64,000 nucleotides of DNA from Octopus sinensis (GCF_006345805.1 NC_043007.1:38626001-38690000); one strand, 5' to 3'. Positions 10,624-24,086 are shown, counted from the stretch's first letter. Program-made: numbers and translations. The notes: generated from the letters alone by a model not told the origin.

Positions 10624-10870
10624 ACAAAAGGTTGGCAGAAACTACAGAGCATCGGAGAAAATATCTGCATTATTTTCGTTGTACTACTTTACGTTGAGAG
10701 TTCGAATCTTGCGGAAGTCGACTTTACCGTTCTTGTCCTTCCACAGTCGATAAAATAAATTTCAAATAAAGTACTACGGGGGTTGATCGTATTAGCGAAC
10801 TCCTTACTCCCTCGAAATTTCTGGCTTTGTACATAAATTCAGAAACTATAATAATAAGAATTATTATTAT
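10624..10870 (+). mobile_element. Degenerate Nin-like SINE after an (ACT)n/(ACA)n tract
   Basis: ttggcagaa head, gtcgactttacc, gtcgataaaataaa, ATT tail. Confidence 0.65.
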
Positions 10871-11184
10871 CATTATTAATGATTTTAACGCTATCAGAAC
10901 AGTTGGGATCGAGATTAGCACTTGACTGACTGTCACTTTATTTTATCGATCCCAGTAGAAGGATGAAAGGCATACACAATCAACTGCAGTGGGGTTTGAA
11001 ATAATATCAGCAATACTCACAGACAGTAACAAAAAGACTGATTTTTGTGCTAATGCACTTACTAGGTTAGCTAATTGGCACAATTATCCCCTTATGTCGG
11101 TTGGTCAGTACGTAGCCTGTCTATAAAATTGTATATATAAATATATAGGCAATATATATATATATACACACACACATAGATACA

Positions 11185-11223
<39 letters not shown>

Positions 11224-13102
11224 GTACATGCATACACATACACATTAGATGCATTCATGCGTGTGTTTATAAAATTTTCGATATACGTATATGTAAGATG
11301 CATTCATTCATGCGCGCGTACACATACACGTATATACTTATATATTGTGTATGTGTGTGTGTATTTTAATTTGGTGTTACTTAATTTGTCTTCTGCTTTT
11401 GTTTTAATCTTTCTCAATTTATCTCGACTTATTTCCTTTTTGGATCTGGTTTCCTCTTTTATTTTGGGACTTGCTGTTTTTATTTTTTTTTTAACGTTTA
11501 TACTTTTATTATATTTACCTCCTGTCTAAATATACCTCGCCATCGCACTTGTGTGTGTGTCTGTGTGAGAGAGAATGAAACGTAGATTGAAGAGGCATTC
11601 TCTTTTTTTCTTCATCTTACTTTAAAAGGTTTTTTTTCTTTCTTTTGTTTTTAGCGCTACGAAAAATAATTACGTCGATAATTATTGCAATGTTTATAAT
11701 TTGATGATTGTGTGTATGATGTGTCCTCTTTACTGGTATTAATATTTATTTATATGATATCATCATTAACTGTCACTGCCTTGGTTTTTTTTTTTTTGTT
11801 TGTTTGTGTGTGTATGGGTTTTTATTTTTTTCTTCTTTCTTTTTTGTTCTCTGTTTAAAATTATATATGTCAGTAACTGGTTAGATAGGTCAGTTCATAC
11901 GATGTCTTTTACCGAAATAATGTAGGATTTTTCTGCTTTTAATCTGCTTTGTTTTGCCTTTTTTTTCTTCGTTTTTCTTTTTTTTTTGTTTTGTTTTACA
12001 CTTCATTTTCTGAAGTGGAATTTCTTTGTGTGTCTGTGTGTGTGTGTGTGTGTGATGTTGACACACACGCATACATACAACCTGGTAGAGGTTGGGATGA
12101 TAATGGTAGGGATGTGGGGGTGGGGGAATAGTGTGGAAGAAAGAAAATTCACGCAAAATGTGTTTACCTTCTCCCCCCCACACAATAGTAGCAGTAGTAG
12201 TCGTACCAATCTCTGACTCGGGCAAAAAGCCACACACTTCGAGAGATAGTGTTTATAGTAAACTCAGTCGACTCCCACCTAGTGCACGACTGTTATTTTA
12301 TCGACGAGACTAAGCACCAAACAAAACGGTGAAAGGTAAAGACGACCTTGAAGAATTCGAACTCAGAATGGAAAGGAACGCAACTAAACTGCATAAGGTG
12401 TTTCATTCGTTGCTCTACCTGTTCTCCTATGTGAGAACTTACTCCCATAAGACACGAATTCTGCAACTAGCTGACTCAGGTGATTCCCATTTAACTCTCA
12501 ACGTTACGAGTACTTTATTTCATCAACTCCCCACCTCTATGGAGGGTTGAAAGGCAAAGTCGAAGAGGATGAATTTAGGTTGTAATGGGGTTGCAGTGAA
12601 ATAACACAAAAGTATTTTTTCTAGCACTCTACTAGTTTGCCCATAAACGGAGCTCTGTCACGAGCAATAATCGTAATAACTCTACATGGTTTCTTAATCA
12701 GCTAGAAATAACAACTAAATCTTTAACTCACACCCCTAACCTCTTAAATAATATGACTTGTTGGAGAATGTTGTATGGGACGACACTATACCTAATCAAA
12801 ACAAGGATGATCATGGCTGGAATACATTTTGATTTTAGGTCTCTTCAATTAGGTATGATCTGGGACTAAACAGTAACAGTGGTAGTTATAATCATAATAA
12901 TAGTAGTAGTAATAATAACACTACCATTACTCTTAGTAGTAATAAGCCCAATGACAGTTTTTGTTAAGGTATAGTTTGTTAACCTTTGATTTTTGAAAGG
13001 CAAAGCTAGCCCCAGCTGTTACTTTATGATGCAAATCACTGGATTTGATCCAGGAAAGTTCAGCAAGCTATAATACTTGGTTCAATTACCAGTTTCTCTT
13101 AC

Positions 13103-13245
13103 AATCATCATCATCATTTAACGTCCGTTTTCCGCGCTAGCACAGGTTGGACGGTTTGACCGGGGTCTGGGAAGCCAGGGGCTGCACCAGGCTCCAGTCT
13201 GATCTGGCAGTGTTTCTACAGCTGGATGCCCTTCCTAACGCCAAC
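13103..13245 (-). mobile_element. Young RTE-type 3' tail fragment ending in (GAT)n
   Basis: Reverse complement of ccaacccatgctagcatggaaagcggacgttaaacgatgatg seen at 31610-31660. Confidence 0.75.
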
Positions 13246-14074
13246 AATGTTTACACGAATTGATATTGAAATCTCAGCAATTTATCCATTCATAATAATT
13301 ATTGATTTTTACTAATATTATTTTTCATCATCGTGTTTGTATGTGTATATCCATTTAGCATCTGTTTTCCCTTGCTAGCATTAGTTGAACGAGGAATTCG
13401 GGCAGGATTTTATGGTCAGATGCTCTTATAGTGTTGTGTGTTTGACAAGATGCATTTTATTCTCCTTTAGGTTGGCAAGAGGACCATATCTTATTACTTG
13501 TACGTTCCATTTTGGGTATGATTTCTGTGGCTGGATGCATTTTATCATAGCACTAGAGAAATTATATCCTTGACAAGACAAACGGGATCTCTCTAGTCTG
13601 TTGTCTCCATTCTTTCAAGGTAAACATGACCAATGGAGTGAATAGAAGAGAGAGTGGTGATGACCAGGCAGGTAAAAGAAGAGCGATGTGTATGAATAGA
13701 GATGGCCTATGGTAGATGAGGGTAGTAGCTACCAAAGAATAGTCGTGGGAGAGAGAAAATGATAGTGGATGGACTACATAGCATCACTCATTACACAAGT
13801 GTTATGATAGTTGATAGAGGGGTGGTGGAAGAGAGGTAGAGTGATAAAGGGTGATGACAGGAAGACTGATAGTGGAGGGAATGAATATGAACTGATCAAA
13901 TGTTACCATCTTGTATGGTAGATGGCAGTATGATACAGTGAATAGGAGGAGAGAGAGGGTGATTGATGAGGAAGTAACAAAGAGGACAGTGGATGAAGTC
14001 TTAAAGGGAATATAAGGGTGAGAGACCCAATTTAAACGTATCAGATAGACATTTCAACCATCCACCTTCATTCT

Positions 14075-14990
14075 AACAACTATTTTACCATGCTCACATC
14101 AGCAAGTGGGTCTTCTCCTTCACTGCATTTTGCCAAACATCTTGGTTCTGTCTCACTTTTTTGTGAAGTTCAGCTTTATCACATCAGTCTACAACACTTT
14201 GTCTCATGTCGTTCTTGGTTTACTTCTTCCCAAAGGTTCCATATGTTTCAAGTGTGTGGCATTTTATACAACTAACATCCTCTATATGCATTGTGTGCCC
14301 ATACCAGTGCAGTCTCGTCTATTGTGCACACAGTTGATTCCTCTCAGATCAAGCTTTTTTCTCATCTCATTTGTGATCTCTTCTTCATACATGCAAACAT
14401 TGCTACACATCCAGTTGAGTATGTTTGCTTCATTTCTCTCAAGCCATTGCATGTCTTCAGTCTCACTACCTATTTCTTTATTACCCACAAGGGGCTAAAC
14501 ATAGAGGGGACAAACAAGGACAGACATAGGTATTAAGTCGATTACGTCGACCCCAGTGCGTAACTGGTACTTAATTTATCGACCCCGAAAGGATGAAAGG
14601 CAAAGTCAACCTCGGCGGAATTTGAGCTCACAACGTAACGACAAGCGAAATACCGTTAAGCATTTCGCCCGGTGTGCTAACGTTTCTGCCAGCTCTCCTT
14701 CAGTCTCACTACCATTTAGCTTGTACCTCTTATACAAGCATCATACAATTTGTCTTTTACTCTGAGAGAGAAACCATTTTCAACAGCACAGATAATAAGT
14801 CCCTGAACTTTTTCCAGCCTATTCTTACTCTGATTACTTTACTTCCCGAACACCCACTTACCATTGCTATTTCGGTTACATTTATAGCAAAAGTTACCAA
14901 CTACATTCAGTTAGCCTTGCAAGCATTTGAAGGGACTTATTATTCTTTCTGCTTCCATATACAAACTCTGCTTTTGCCAGCCTGCCTATG
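14075..14990 (-). mobile_element. RTE-clade LINE ORF2 C-terminal remnant interrupted by a SINE
   Basis: Minus strand ETEDMQWLERNEANILNWMC...RLHWYGH, typical of the RTE ORF2 end; continues past the SINE at 14714. Confidence 0.75.
14471..14697 (-). mobile_element. Young Nin-like SINE inserted in the RTE remnant
   Basis: 16-bp direct repeat CTTCAGTCTCACTACC at 14455-14470 and 14698-14713; CpG-rich. Confidence 0.9.
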
Positions 14991-15030
14991 ATCCCACTAC
15001 ACTGTTTGTGCATTCTTAATATACACTAGA

Positions 15031-15342
15031 GTGGAGGCACATGGCCTAGTGGTTAGAGTAGCGGACTCGCGGTCGAGGGATCGCAGGTTTGAATCTCAGA
15101 CCAGGCGATGTGTGTGTTTATGAGCGAAACACCTAAGCTCCACGCGGCTCCGGCAGAAGGTAATGGCGAACTTCAGCCGACTCTTTCGCCACAACTTTCT
15201 CTCACTCTTTCCTCCTGCATCTTGCAGTTCACCTGCGACAGACTGGCGTCCTGTCTAGGTGGGGAACCTATATGCCAAGGAAACTGGGAAACCGGCCCTT
15301 AGGAAGCAGGCATGGCTTGATAAGGAACAAACAACAAAAAAA
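15031..15342 (+). mobile_element. tRNA-Arg-like SINE (head A, tail 2)
   Basis: 13-bp TSD AATATACACTAGA at 15018-15030 and 15343-15355; head nearly identical to the 4047 copy. Confidence 0.9.
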
Positions 15343-15859
15343 AATATACACTAGACATGTAATTCCATTTTTGGATATTGAGCTTGTCCATTTGCCTGAC
15401 ACTGGCAGGAACCTGTCTTCTTTGCTACTTACTAAAACATTAGTCTTTAAGTTTACCTTGTGGTCTCCAAGCCTAGGTTTTGCTTTGTTATCTGGAATTT
15501 CTTATCTAAATCTTCTATAGATTTAGCTATAAAACTAGGCCATCAACGTACGGGACTTCCTTCAGTTACTTGTATTGCTCCAAGCAAGTTCCTATTTTTA
15601 AATTTATTATGTCCAGTGGAAGGAGCAGTGCTCCTGGTCTAGGTTCATGTGTTGTTTCCCATCACTTTAGGGACACAGCCTTTTCTGTCTAACACATTGA
15701 TTCACATAGTACACACATCTACCTATATTTAGCTGAGTGTGCACACACACAAAAGTGTTTCTGCAATTTCTCACAACAAAATGTCATGAGACTTTATTTA
15801 AACCACAGATGTGGTGGTTGCAAACTTCATAGTTACACTGCCATGCATCTTCTCATAAT

Positions 15860-17170
15860 TATCATTATCACCATTTAATGTCCTTTTTCCCATACTGGTA
15901 TGGGTTGGATAGTTCAGCATAAACAGACAAGCCAGAAGGCTGTGCCAAGTTCTAATGTTTTTCTTTGGCGTGGTTTCTACAGTTGGATATCTTTTAATGC
16001 CAGCCACTTCACAGAGTGCGCTGGGTGCTTTTTACATGACACCAGCACTGGTGAGGTCACCAAGTGCCTGCAAGACAAGACTCCTTAACTGAGTCGGGTG
16101 TAGAATTGAGAGAGAAGAAATCAAGAGTATCAGGAACAGGTGTCTTGTTGAAGAGGTGAATACTTGGATTGCTCATCTGAAAAGATAGAGAGATGTGAGG
16201 CCAAGGTACAAGGTGAATATGTGAGAGAGGATAGGATAGAAGAGCTGAAAAGGTGGGTTTTTTGGTAAGTCCACCAGAGTGAGAATTGTGTGACATGAGT
16301 TGGATGAAGAGAATATCAGTTCAGCTGAGGGGAAGTGAAGGAAAGATGAGCTGTTGGGGAGGCTTGATAGAACCTTACTTCTGCTGAGATGGACAGGTCT
16401 TCTCAAGCACAACATATTGTCATTCATCATGATTCCCTTGTCAACTTTTTGAAGAGATTCAACATATTGAGGTCTGTCTTCACCACTTCATCCCATGTCT
16501 TTGTGGGTCTCCCTCTTCCACAAACGTCTTCTATGTTTACTGATCAGCACTTCATTATACAGCTGTCCACATCCATCTGCATCACATAACCATATCAGCA
16601 TGCACCATGTCTGGTGTCTGTTATGCCCATTTTTTTTTATCAGCACATTTGTACTTTGTTGTACATGCACGCTGATGTTGCACATCCATGGAGCATGCTT
16701 GTTTAATTTCTTTCTAGTTTCCACATCAACAGAGGTAATAGTTCTCTGAACTTTCTCCAACCAACTCTTATTCTAGCAACTATACTTTCAGAGCATCCAC
16801 CTTCACTGCTAATTAGCTCACCTAGGTTATAGAAACTATCTACTACTAGGGAGCCTCTTGGGTTTTCCAGAACATCTATTTCCTGAATGTTCTTATTGAT
16901 TATTGCTCATTTATATCTGCCATAAATAAATTCTACTTTCTCTGTTAGTCTTCCTGTGATTCCACAGTACCTCTTAAGTGTCCATAGTTTGCACTGAGCG
17001 CTCTATATGGAATTCATACCTACTCTTTTTCTTTATAAAGAACAAGGCCAAGGGATTGTCTGTTTCCCTATTAACTGAAACTTGGGTCAGATTTAAGTTC
17101 ATTTTAAGATCCTTTGATTCCAGGTTTTGCTTCCAAACCTGGAATTATATTTCTAATTCTACTACAGTAT
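15860..17170 (-). mobile_element. RTE LINE 3' end: ORF2 remnant (about 17170-16395), CT-rich 3'UTR and (GAT)n-type tail
   Basis: Degenerate RTE C-terminal coding similarity followed by the same tail as the 31550-31660 family. Confidence 0.7.
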
Positions 17171-17224
17171 ACATATAATGTACATGTCCATCCATATTTA
17201 CATATCTCTGTATATTAATACTGG

Positions 17225-17531
17225 CTGGTGCATATTTTTGGTGCCTTAAAAGTTAGACCTACTCTTGGGTATATTTTGGGTGCTGATTCCAAATATATCA
17301 TCAGTTATAGTTTTGGAAATACAGCATACATTTTTATATATGCCAGTGCATCTTCTTGTCTGAAATAAGCTATCCCAATTGCACCTTACATTGTTTTAAT
17401 AGCATCTGTTATATAATTAATATTTATGTTATTTCTGTATCAAAATACATGATTGATTAGAACTGATAGGGCAAAACTAAAGATATATTTTGAATCAGCA
17501 CTCTGAATATATCCAACATCTAATGCACCAG
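17225..17531. mobile_element. Degenerate inverted-repeat element
   Basis: 17265-17299 pairs imperfectly with 17482-17516; ctggtgcat/atgcaccag ends. Confidence 0.45.
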
Positions 17532-18499
17532 AGTGTTTGGTTCTGTTGGGGTTCCTAATTTCAATGCATGAATGGATATGTCAGCTTATAAAGAAGTAGG
17601 TGGTATCTCTAAACCTTAGAAATGGCAGAGACAGAAGACAGTGTATCTGTGACCCAGAGACTGGAACATGTCTGTGGGTGACTTTATGACTAGTATATAC
17701 TTGTGTAGAAATGGCATTTGAAGTGCACATTTCTAAAATGAAAAACGTGGTTTTCATTTCCAGACTTAATCAAATATGATCTGGTGTGTCAAAACTGATG
17801 GTATATTTGGAATCTTAATCCTGAATATACCGAAGAAAAGGTATGAGTTTCAAAGCACCAGAGAAATTTGGCCAGTGTAATAGATTTATATGTATGTGTG
17901 CCCATATTTGTATTATCTGATGATTGCCTCATCCTGTCAGATGATAACCATCTATCTTGCATTCAGCCTTATTGCTTTGATTTACTTTCATCCTTGTATG
18001 TGTGCAGATATCCATCACCATAGGAGTTTACAAAATGCAAAATGGATCAAGAAATGAAATGACAGTCATCTGTACATCATTGGATTTAAGTGACAAAAAC
18101 TCTTTTGCTACTCTCTCTATCACCATAGCAGGTTCCAGTGACAAGCTTTGGAAGATGACTGGTACTATTTTGATTCTGAGTTTTATGTCAGAGAATCTGT
18201 CTCTTAAAGGAGCTGCCTTCCCTGCAGCTTTGTCAAAAGTAGTGGGAGGCTCCTTTACCCTTGGGAAATTTATTTAATTCATAGATAGGACCCTGACAGG
18301 TACTTATATCTAAAGTTATCATTAATTTTGTTCATTCAGATGTCTTCAAATCTTCTTGTACATGTTAGATTTGGTATTATAACCTGGAGGACTACCATGT
18401 ACTTAATTTCTTAAACATTTTGTTTATACTACTAAAGCAATTGGTTTGTATTTTATTGTTGTATTTCACATGGTACCAGTCAGGGCTTCTTGAGTCACT

Positions 18500-19935
18500 T
18501 TATAGCATAGAAGTTGTAAATGACTGCATGAAAAGAGCAGTGGGAGAAACTATAATTGATATGAAAAAGTGTTAGAGGTAAGAATAATGGAAGAGAGACA
18601 ATGATGGCAGCTGCATGTTTGTTGGAGAGAGAATTGAGAGAGGAAGAGTGTTTGATAGTAATAAAAATGGGGGTGATGGTTGTCAATAGTGAGTAGTCCT
18701 GGGGAGAGGGTGTGATGACTGGCAGCGCAAAAAGTATGTGATGGGTGTATCAGAAAGAAGCTGATTCAATGCAATCCTTTATGTGTAAGGATAATGATGG
18801 ACAAAAACAGAACAACAATAAGGATGGTGGGCTAAATGAATATGGTTCAGTCCAATGTGATCCCTTCCTACATGAACAGTGGTAGACAAGGCTAAAGTGT
18901 TAGAGAGAGAGAGAGAGTGGAAAGCTGAAAGAGACTCAAGACACATTGTGTGAATGACTCAGTGTATGTTTATTTCACTGTACTTGTACAAGTGGGCAAG
19001 TCTTCTACAGCACTGCTTGTTGCTAATCATTTTGGTCCTTTATCTCCTCTGTGAGCTCAGCATCCTAAGATCAACCTTTACCACTTCATCCATATCTTCC
19101 TAGGTTCCATTCACTTTTATAACCTTGCACTGTATGCAGCTGCCATCCTCCATATGCATTGCATACTCATACCAGCACACTCTATTCTCTTTCGTACTAC
19201 ATCTCGTGCCTCTTACAGCCAAATTTTCTCTCAACTCATTTGTGCTCCATCATTCAAGTTAACTAACAATACATATCCAGTGGAGAATGCTTGCTTCATT
19301 TCTTTCTAGTGTTTGTAAATCCTCTACATTCCACTTTGTGTTCAAAACAATGCAATTTGCTATTTACTTTGTGAGAGAAAACCTTTGTTACCAGTAGAAG
19401 CTATAGCTCCCTAAACTTCTCTCAAACTATTCTTATTCAGGCTACTTTCCTTTTGGAATACCCACCTCCACTGCTAAATTAGGGCATAAGAGAAATAAAG
19501 TTATCAACTACTTTTAGGGAGCCATTAGGGTGTTTGCTATAAGTGCTTGTTGCTCTTGGGCCTCTGCTGCAAATGGTGTCTACTTTCTTCATGGTACTAT
19601 ATAATGCAAACTCTTGAAGGAAGTAGGCATTGTATGTGACTAATATGTTCCATTCATAGTTTACACTGTGTAAACCCTATAGAATTTCTACCTACTCCTT
19701 TTCTTCATATCAAGCATAGCCAGTTCCCAGAGTCGTAGTAACATTCTGTTTTTGCCCTAGTTATTAAAACTTTATTCTTTGCTAAGTTTGAGACCATTTG
19801 TTTCTAGGTTTTGTCTCAGTATCTGAAGTTCCTTTTCTAATTCTACTATAGATTCACTTACGAATATCTGGAATTTCTGCTCTAATTCTACTACAGATTC
19901 AACTATGAGAACTAGGTCATCAGCATATCTAAGTT
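18500..19935 (-). mobile_element. RTE LINE remnant including the RT YADD motif
   Basis: Minus strand 19927-19916 = TAT GCT GAT GAC within LRYADDLVLIVESVVELEQKFQ; ORF2 C-terminal remnant and purine-rich 3'UTR follow. Confidence 0.75.
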
Positions 19936-20298
19936 GGGATTACCTATTGCTGTCAAACTGAACCAATCCAGTTTGTTTTTGTCTAATTGTTTTTTATTAA
20001 GAATAAGAGAATAGCATTGATAAACATGTTAAAAAGTAGAACTTAATCTATAATCTGTGTGGAGACACATTTTTCTGTACAGCTTCTGTTTACCACATTT
20101 CAGTTACATGGTATTGATCAATCTGTATCTATGGTAAAAGACTTGCCCAAGGTACTGTGCACTGGGAGCAAACTTAGAAACACATGGTTGCTAAGGAAGC
20201 TTCTAAACCACATAGTCATAGCTACACCTAAATTAATACTTAAGTTTATGATGCACCTGTACTTTGAAAGGAAAGTATGTTGTTTTGACTGTGATAAT

Positions 20299-20407
20299 CC
20301 AGTTTCTGATCTGAAAATTTTGATTAAAATTCTTTCATCCAAAGTGGCCTTTTCCAGTTTCTGATCTGAAAATTTTGATTAAAATTCTTTAATCCAAAGT
20401 GGCCTTT
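20299..20407. repeat. 55-bp tandem duplication
   Basis: ccagtttctgatctgaaaattttgattaaaattcttt(c/a)atccaaagtggccttt twice, one mismatch. Confidence 0.9.
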
Positions 20408-21092
20408 ACTAGAAGACTTAACTATGTTAATATACACCTTATACATTATATAATACGGTATATGGGGAAATTTTTGTTGTCATATTATTTTACTATTTTC
20501 CTTTTAGTTGTATTGTTCTTTAAAAAGGCATGCATACTTTATAGGGATTATGTAGGAAAGTTTCAGTTGTTCTTGGTGAAGTAGGGGCCAGTAAAAGTTG
20601 AGCTGATTGGTTTAAATCATTGTAGGTTTTTGAAACTAATTAAGTAAATTCTTTGTTCTTGAATACTTAAAAGTTTTTAAAAAGTGAAAAACTTTATATA
20701 GATGCAGGCATGGCTGTGTGACTAGGAAGCTTGCTTCCCAACCAAGAATGTGGTTTTGGGTTCAGTTCCACTGCTCAGCATCTTAGGCAAGTGTCTACTG
20801 TAAGATTTGATAAATAGAAACTTTATATTACTCAGAACATATGAAACAGGGTTAACTAAAAGCCTGAAAACAAGCATGGATGTTTAGGACAAATTCATAA
20901 AAATTCTTTAGACAGATAATGGGTTAATTGGTGCAAACTTGACTCAGTAGAAATGGAAATAGATCTCAGAGAGCCGTTGTTGAATGTAGTCATTTTGTTA
21001 GTAAAGGTTTTGCATAAGATATACATACACCCTCTTAAGACAAAAAGTATTTACATTATTGTTCTATGATCATTTTTACTGTGGTAGCTTAA

Positions 21093-21309
21093 CCCTTTCA
21101 TGACCAACCCGGCTGAAACCAGCTCTGACTCTGAGTACAAATGTCTTGTTTTCACAAGCTTTTAATTAAAATCTTCCAGACTTTAATCACAATTTATGTT
21201 CCTAACACTAGCTTTACGATAACTAAGTTATTTTACTAAATTCTTTGTTCTATTTAAAGTAATTGAAAGAAACACAGAGCATCTCAAAATAAATACAGTA
21301 AGAAAAGGG
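21093..21309. mobile_element. piggyBac-type MITE, family B
   Basis: TTAA|CCCTTT ... AAAGGG|TTGA. Confidence 0.8.
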
Positions 21310-23459
21310 TTGATAAGATGGTGTTTCAAAATAGAACATTTTGCATATTGCTTAATTATTTTCCTACAGGATATTCTTCCAATTAACTTCAATTCTGAAT
21401 TAGGAATGGAATCTTTTTTTGTCAGTTATGCATACTGAGGCAAGCAGAGTTATGTACCAAAATCAAGCATAACACAATGTCTGGCTTAATCTCTTGACTT
21501 CACAAGTAAATTGTCAGTAGCTAACGTTTTAAACCTTGCAGCCATTGTGAATGTAATGATTAATGCATTGTGTAAAGATTTGTGTACTTTACATGCTCAG
21601 GGTGGCAGTAGTAAATAGGATTCTAGGTCTGGTAAAAGGTTTTGATATTTGTTACTGATCATTGCCACAATGAAACTGTACATTTAATTGTAGTTTTTAT
21701 TTAGCCTCAGTTCAGCACAGATTCAGCAAATTTATCATGAGATATAATGTCTTGGACAACAATATTCAATATCCATCTTTCAAAAAATCTTTTTGTTGTC
21801 TTGACATTGCATGATTGTTGTAAATGAATGCAATTTTAAAATTAATGTGTGTAGCATAGGTATGCAAAATTATAAACGTCTGTAAGTTCATTTAAGAGAA
21901 ACTAATTGACTAACATTAAAGAGTAAGGTACCACATGTTGAAGTACTTAAGCTTGAACACACTTCAGTGGATATTCAAGCAATTAAATATTAAAACTGAG
22001 AATAAATAAATTCAGGTTTTGCCTCAAATGTTGAAGTTGATAATTTAACCCATTATTTTACTGAATTCAGTTGAAACGATTCCAATTATAATATTTAAAA
22101 GTGACATAACGTTTGAATATGGCAGTTGCTTTGTGGTGTTTTATCAAAAAAAAGTTTATATTTGGTTACCTCCCTTTATGTTCTGAGGTTAAATATCATC
22201 GATTAATAGGTCTGCTTAGTCTTTCACTCTTCAAAGGACAGTAAAATAATTACTAATCAAAAGTTGACTATACCAAGCACATGATGTCCCAGCATAAGCA
22301 TTAATTCATCATCATCATTTTATGTCTGCTTTTCATGCTGGCATGGGTTGGATGGTTTGACAAGATCTGATGAATCAAATTGTGTTCTAACATCTAAGCT
22401 TTAGCATGGTCTCTACAAATGAATGCCTTTCCTAACACGATCACTTTACAGTGTATTGGAGGTTTTTTTTTTTTCCTTTATTTTCATGGCACCTTTGGTT
22501 CACCAAACTGAACTCCCTAACTATTTGATCATTCACTACCAATAAGTCCAAAATTTTAACCCTTGCTTGGCAACTTGCAATACTAAAGAGCTCCGACAAC
22601 TGAAAGGAAAATGGGAGAGAGAGAGTAAGAGTATACAATGATTTTTGGCAAGGTGATAAGAGATACAGGTTTATTTTCCAAGGAGAGTGGTAGTGAAGAG
22701 AGTAATAGAGTTGACACTGTCGGGGGCAGAGGGAAGAAGTATGGACGGGATTTGTGTGAAGGGTTAGAGAGAGAGAGAGTGAAATAGTAAAGGTGATTGG
22801 GTAGGTTGTGTAGGGGATCCAATGCTATTTTACATAAGGGCAAATATAGGTAGAAGGAACCTCCATTTGGTTACTTAATCTGTTAGAAATAGTAGCCCTA
22901 CTCTTCCTTTGAACCTAACCCTGCTTTTGGAAAATAAGTGAACAAAGCATTAGATAATGTAGTCTTAGACCTAAAAAGTAAGAACAGAACCCTATTAATT
23001 ACAGGTCTGTCTGATCATGGTTAAGTTTATCTCTACAGATTTTCTGTAGAAATTTTTCGCCAGCACTGATTTGTTATGACATTTCATATCCAAATATGTT
23101 TAATGCAAGCAAGAATGTGATTGAAGATGGAAAAATAGGTAATGTGTAAATATGCATATAGCAGGATTTCTTGCTCCTTCTTCAACACCACATCCAACCC
23201 ATTAACCATTCACAAACTCATTGCTTAAATAGCCACTAAACATAAGTCTAACATTATTGAATATACCAATTTTACATATTAAACACTTTCCTGGCAGATG
23301 GTATATACATGTAGGGACACTATTACATTAGGCAACCATAATATACTATACTACAAAGTATATTAAACACTTCATAAATCAATACTGTGTTCTATGGTGT
23401 TCGCAGTGCTATTAAATCATTTTAAGGTTATTTCTAGATAACCTTTTTCATAGAAATCG

Positions 23460-23598
23460 TAGCCAGCATGGATTTGTTATGATGTTTTGTATCCAAATAT
23501 GTCTAATCTAATTCTTGCTTCTTTTTCAGCACCTTCAATTGCATTGTTGTCTACATTAGATGTATCTGGATACAAAACGTAACAAATCAGTGCCGGCT
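23460..23598. repeat. Imperfect inverted repeat (about 45-bp arms), third partial copy at 23059-23105
   Basis: agccagcatggatttgttatgatgttttgtatccaaatatgtctaat vs reverse complement of 23555-23598. Confidence 0.55.
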
Positions 23599-24086
23599 AG
23601 CACTGCTAATACAGTAGGACACATTTTTGACTGTGTATAGTATATTATGATTGCGTAACAAAATATGGTGTTCCTACAAGTATTTGATTGTGGTTTCAAC
23701 CATTATACTGTGACTAAGTTCAGAGTGAAGTTCACCTTCAAATTATGCTACTTTTAGTTTAAAACCTTTAATTACTATTTGTATGTTTAATAGAAACTTT
23801 TGAAATTGTACTTGTTTTATAAACAGTGAAAGGTCAACAACTAAATAAATATCAAATATTTGTTTAATTATTGTATTAGATTAATTTGTTTTGTCAAACT
23901 AGTAACACTTTAATTGGTCTGATATTTTTCTTGTTGATATCTGCAGAAATAAATTTTGAAGTATTATGTTTGTAGATCTTGTTCCCAGAAATGGCTTTGG
24001 CTGTTGGTGCAATTAAGCATTTTTTTTTCTAGTTTATTGTTGCTGTGTTGAATAATTATAATCTCTGCCTCTATGTAATGGGTTAA

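Noticed and set aside
6417-11529. Many YI/CV/HT-repeat ORFs (also 35675-36112, 54822-55608, 56644-56971)
   Set aside because: They are translations of (TA)n, (TG)n and (CA)n microsatellites, which lack stops in several frames
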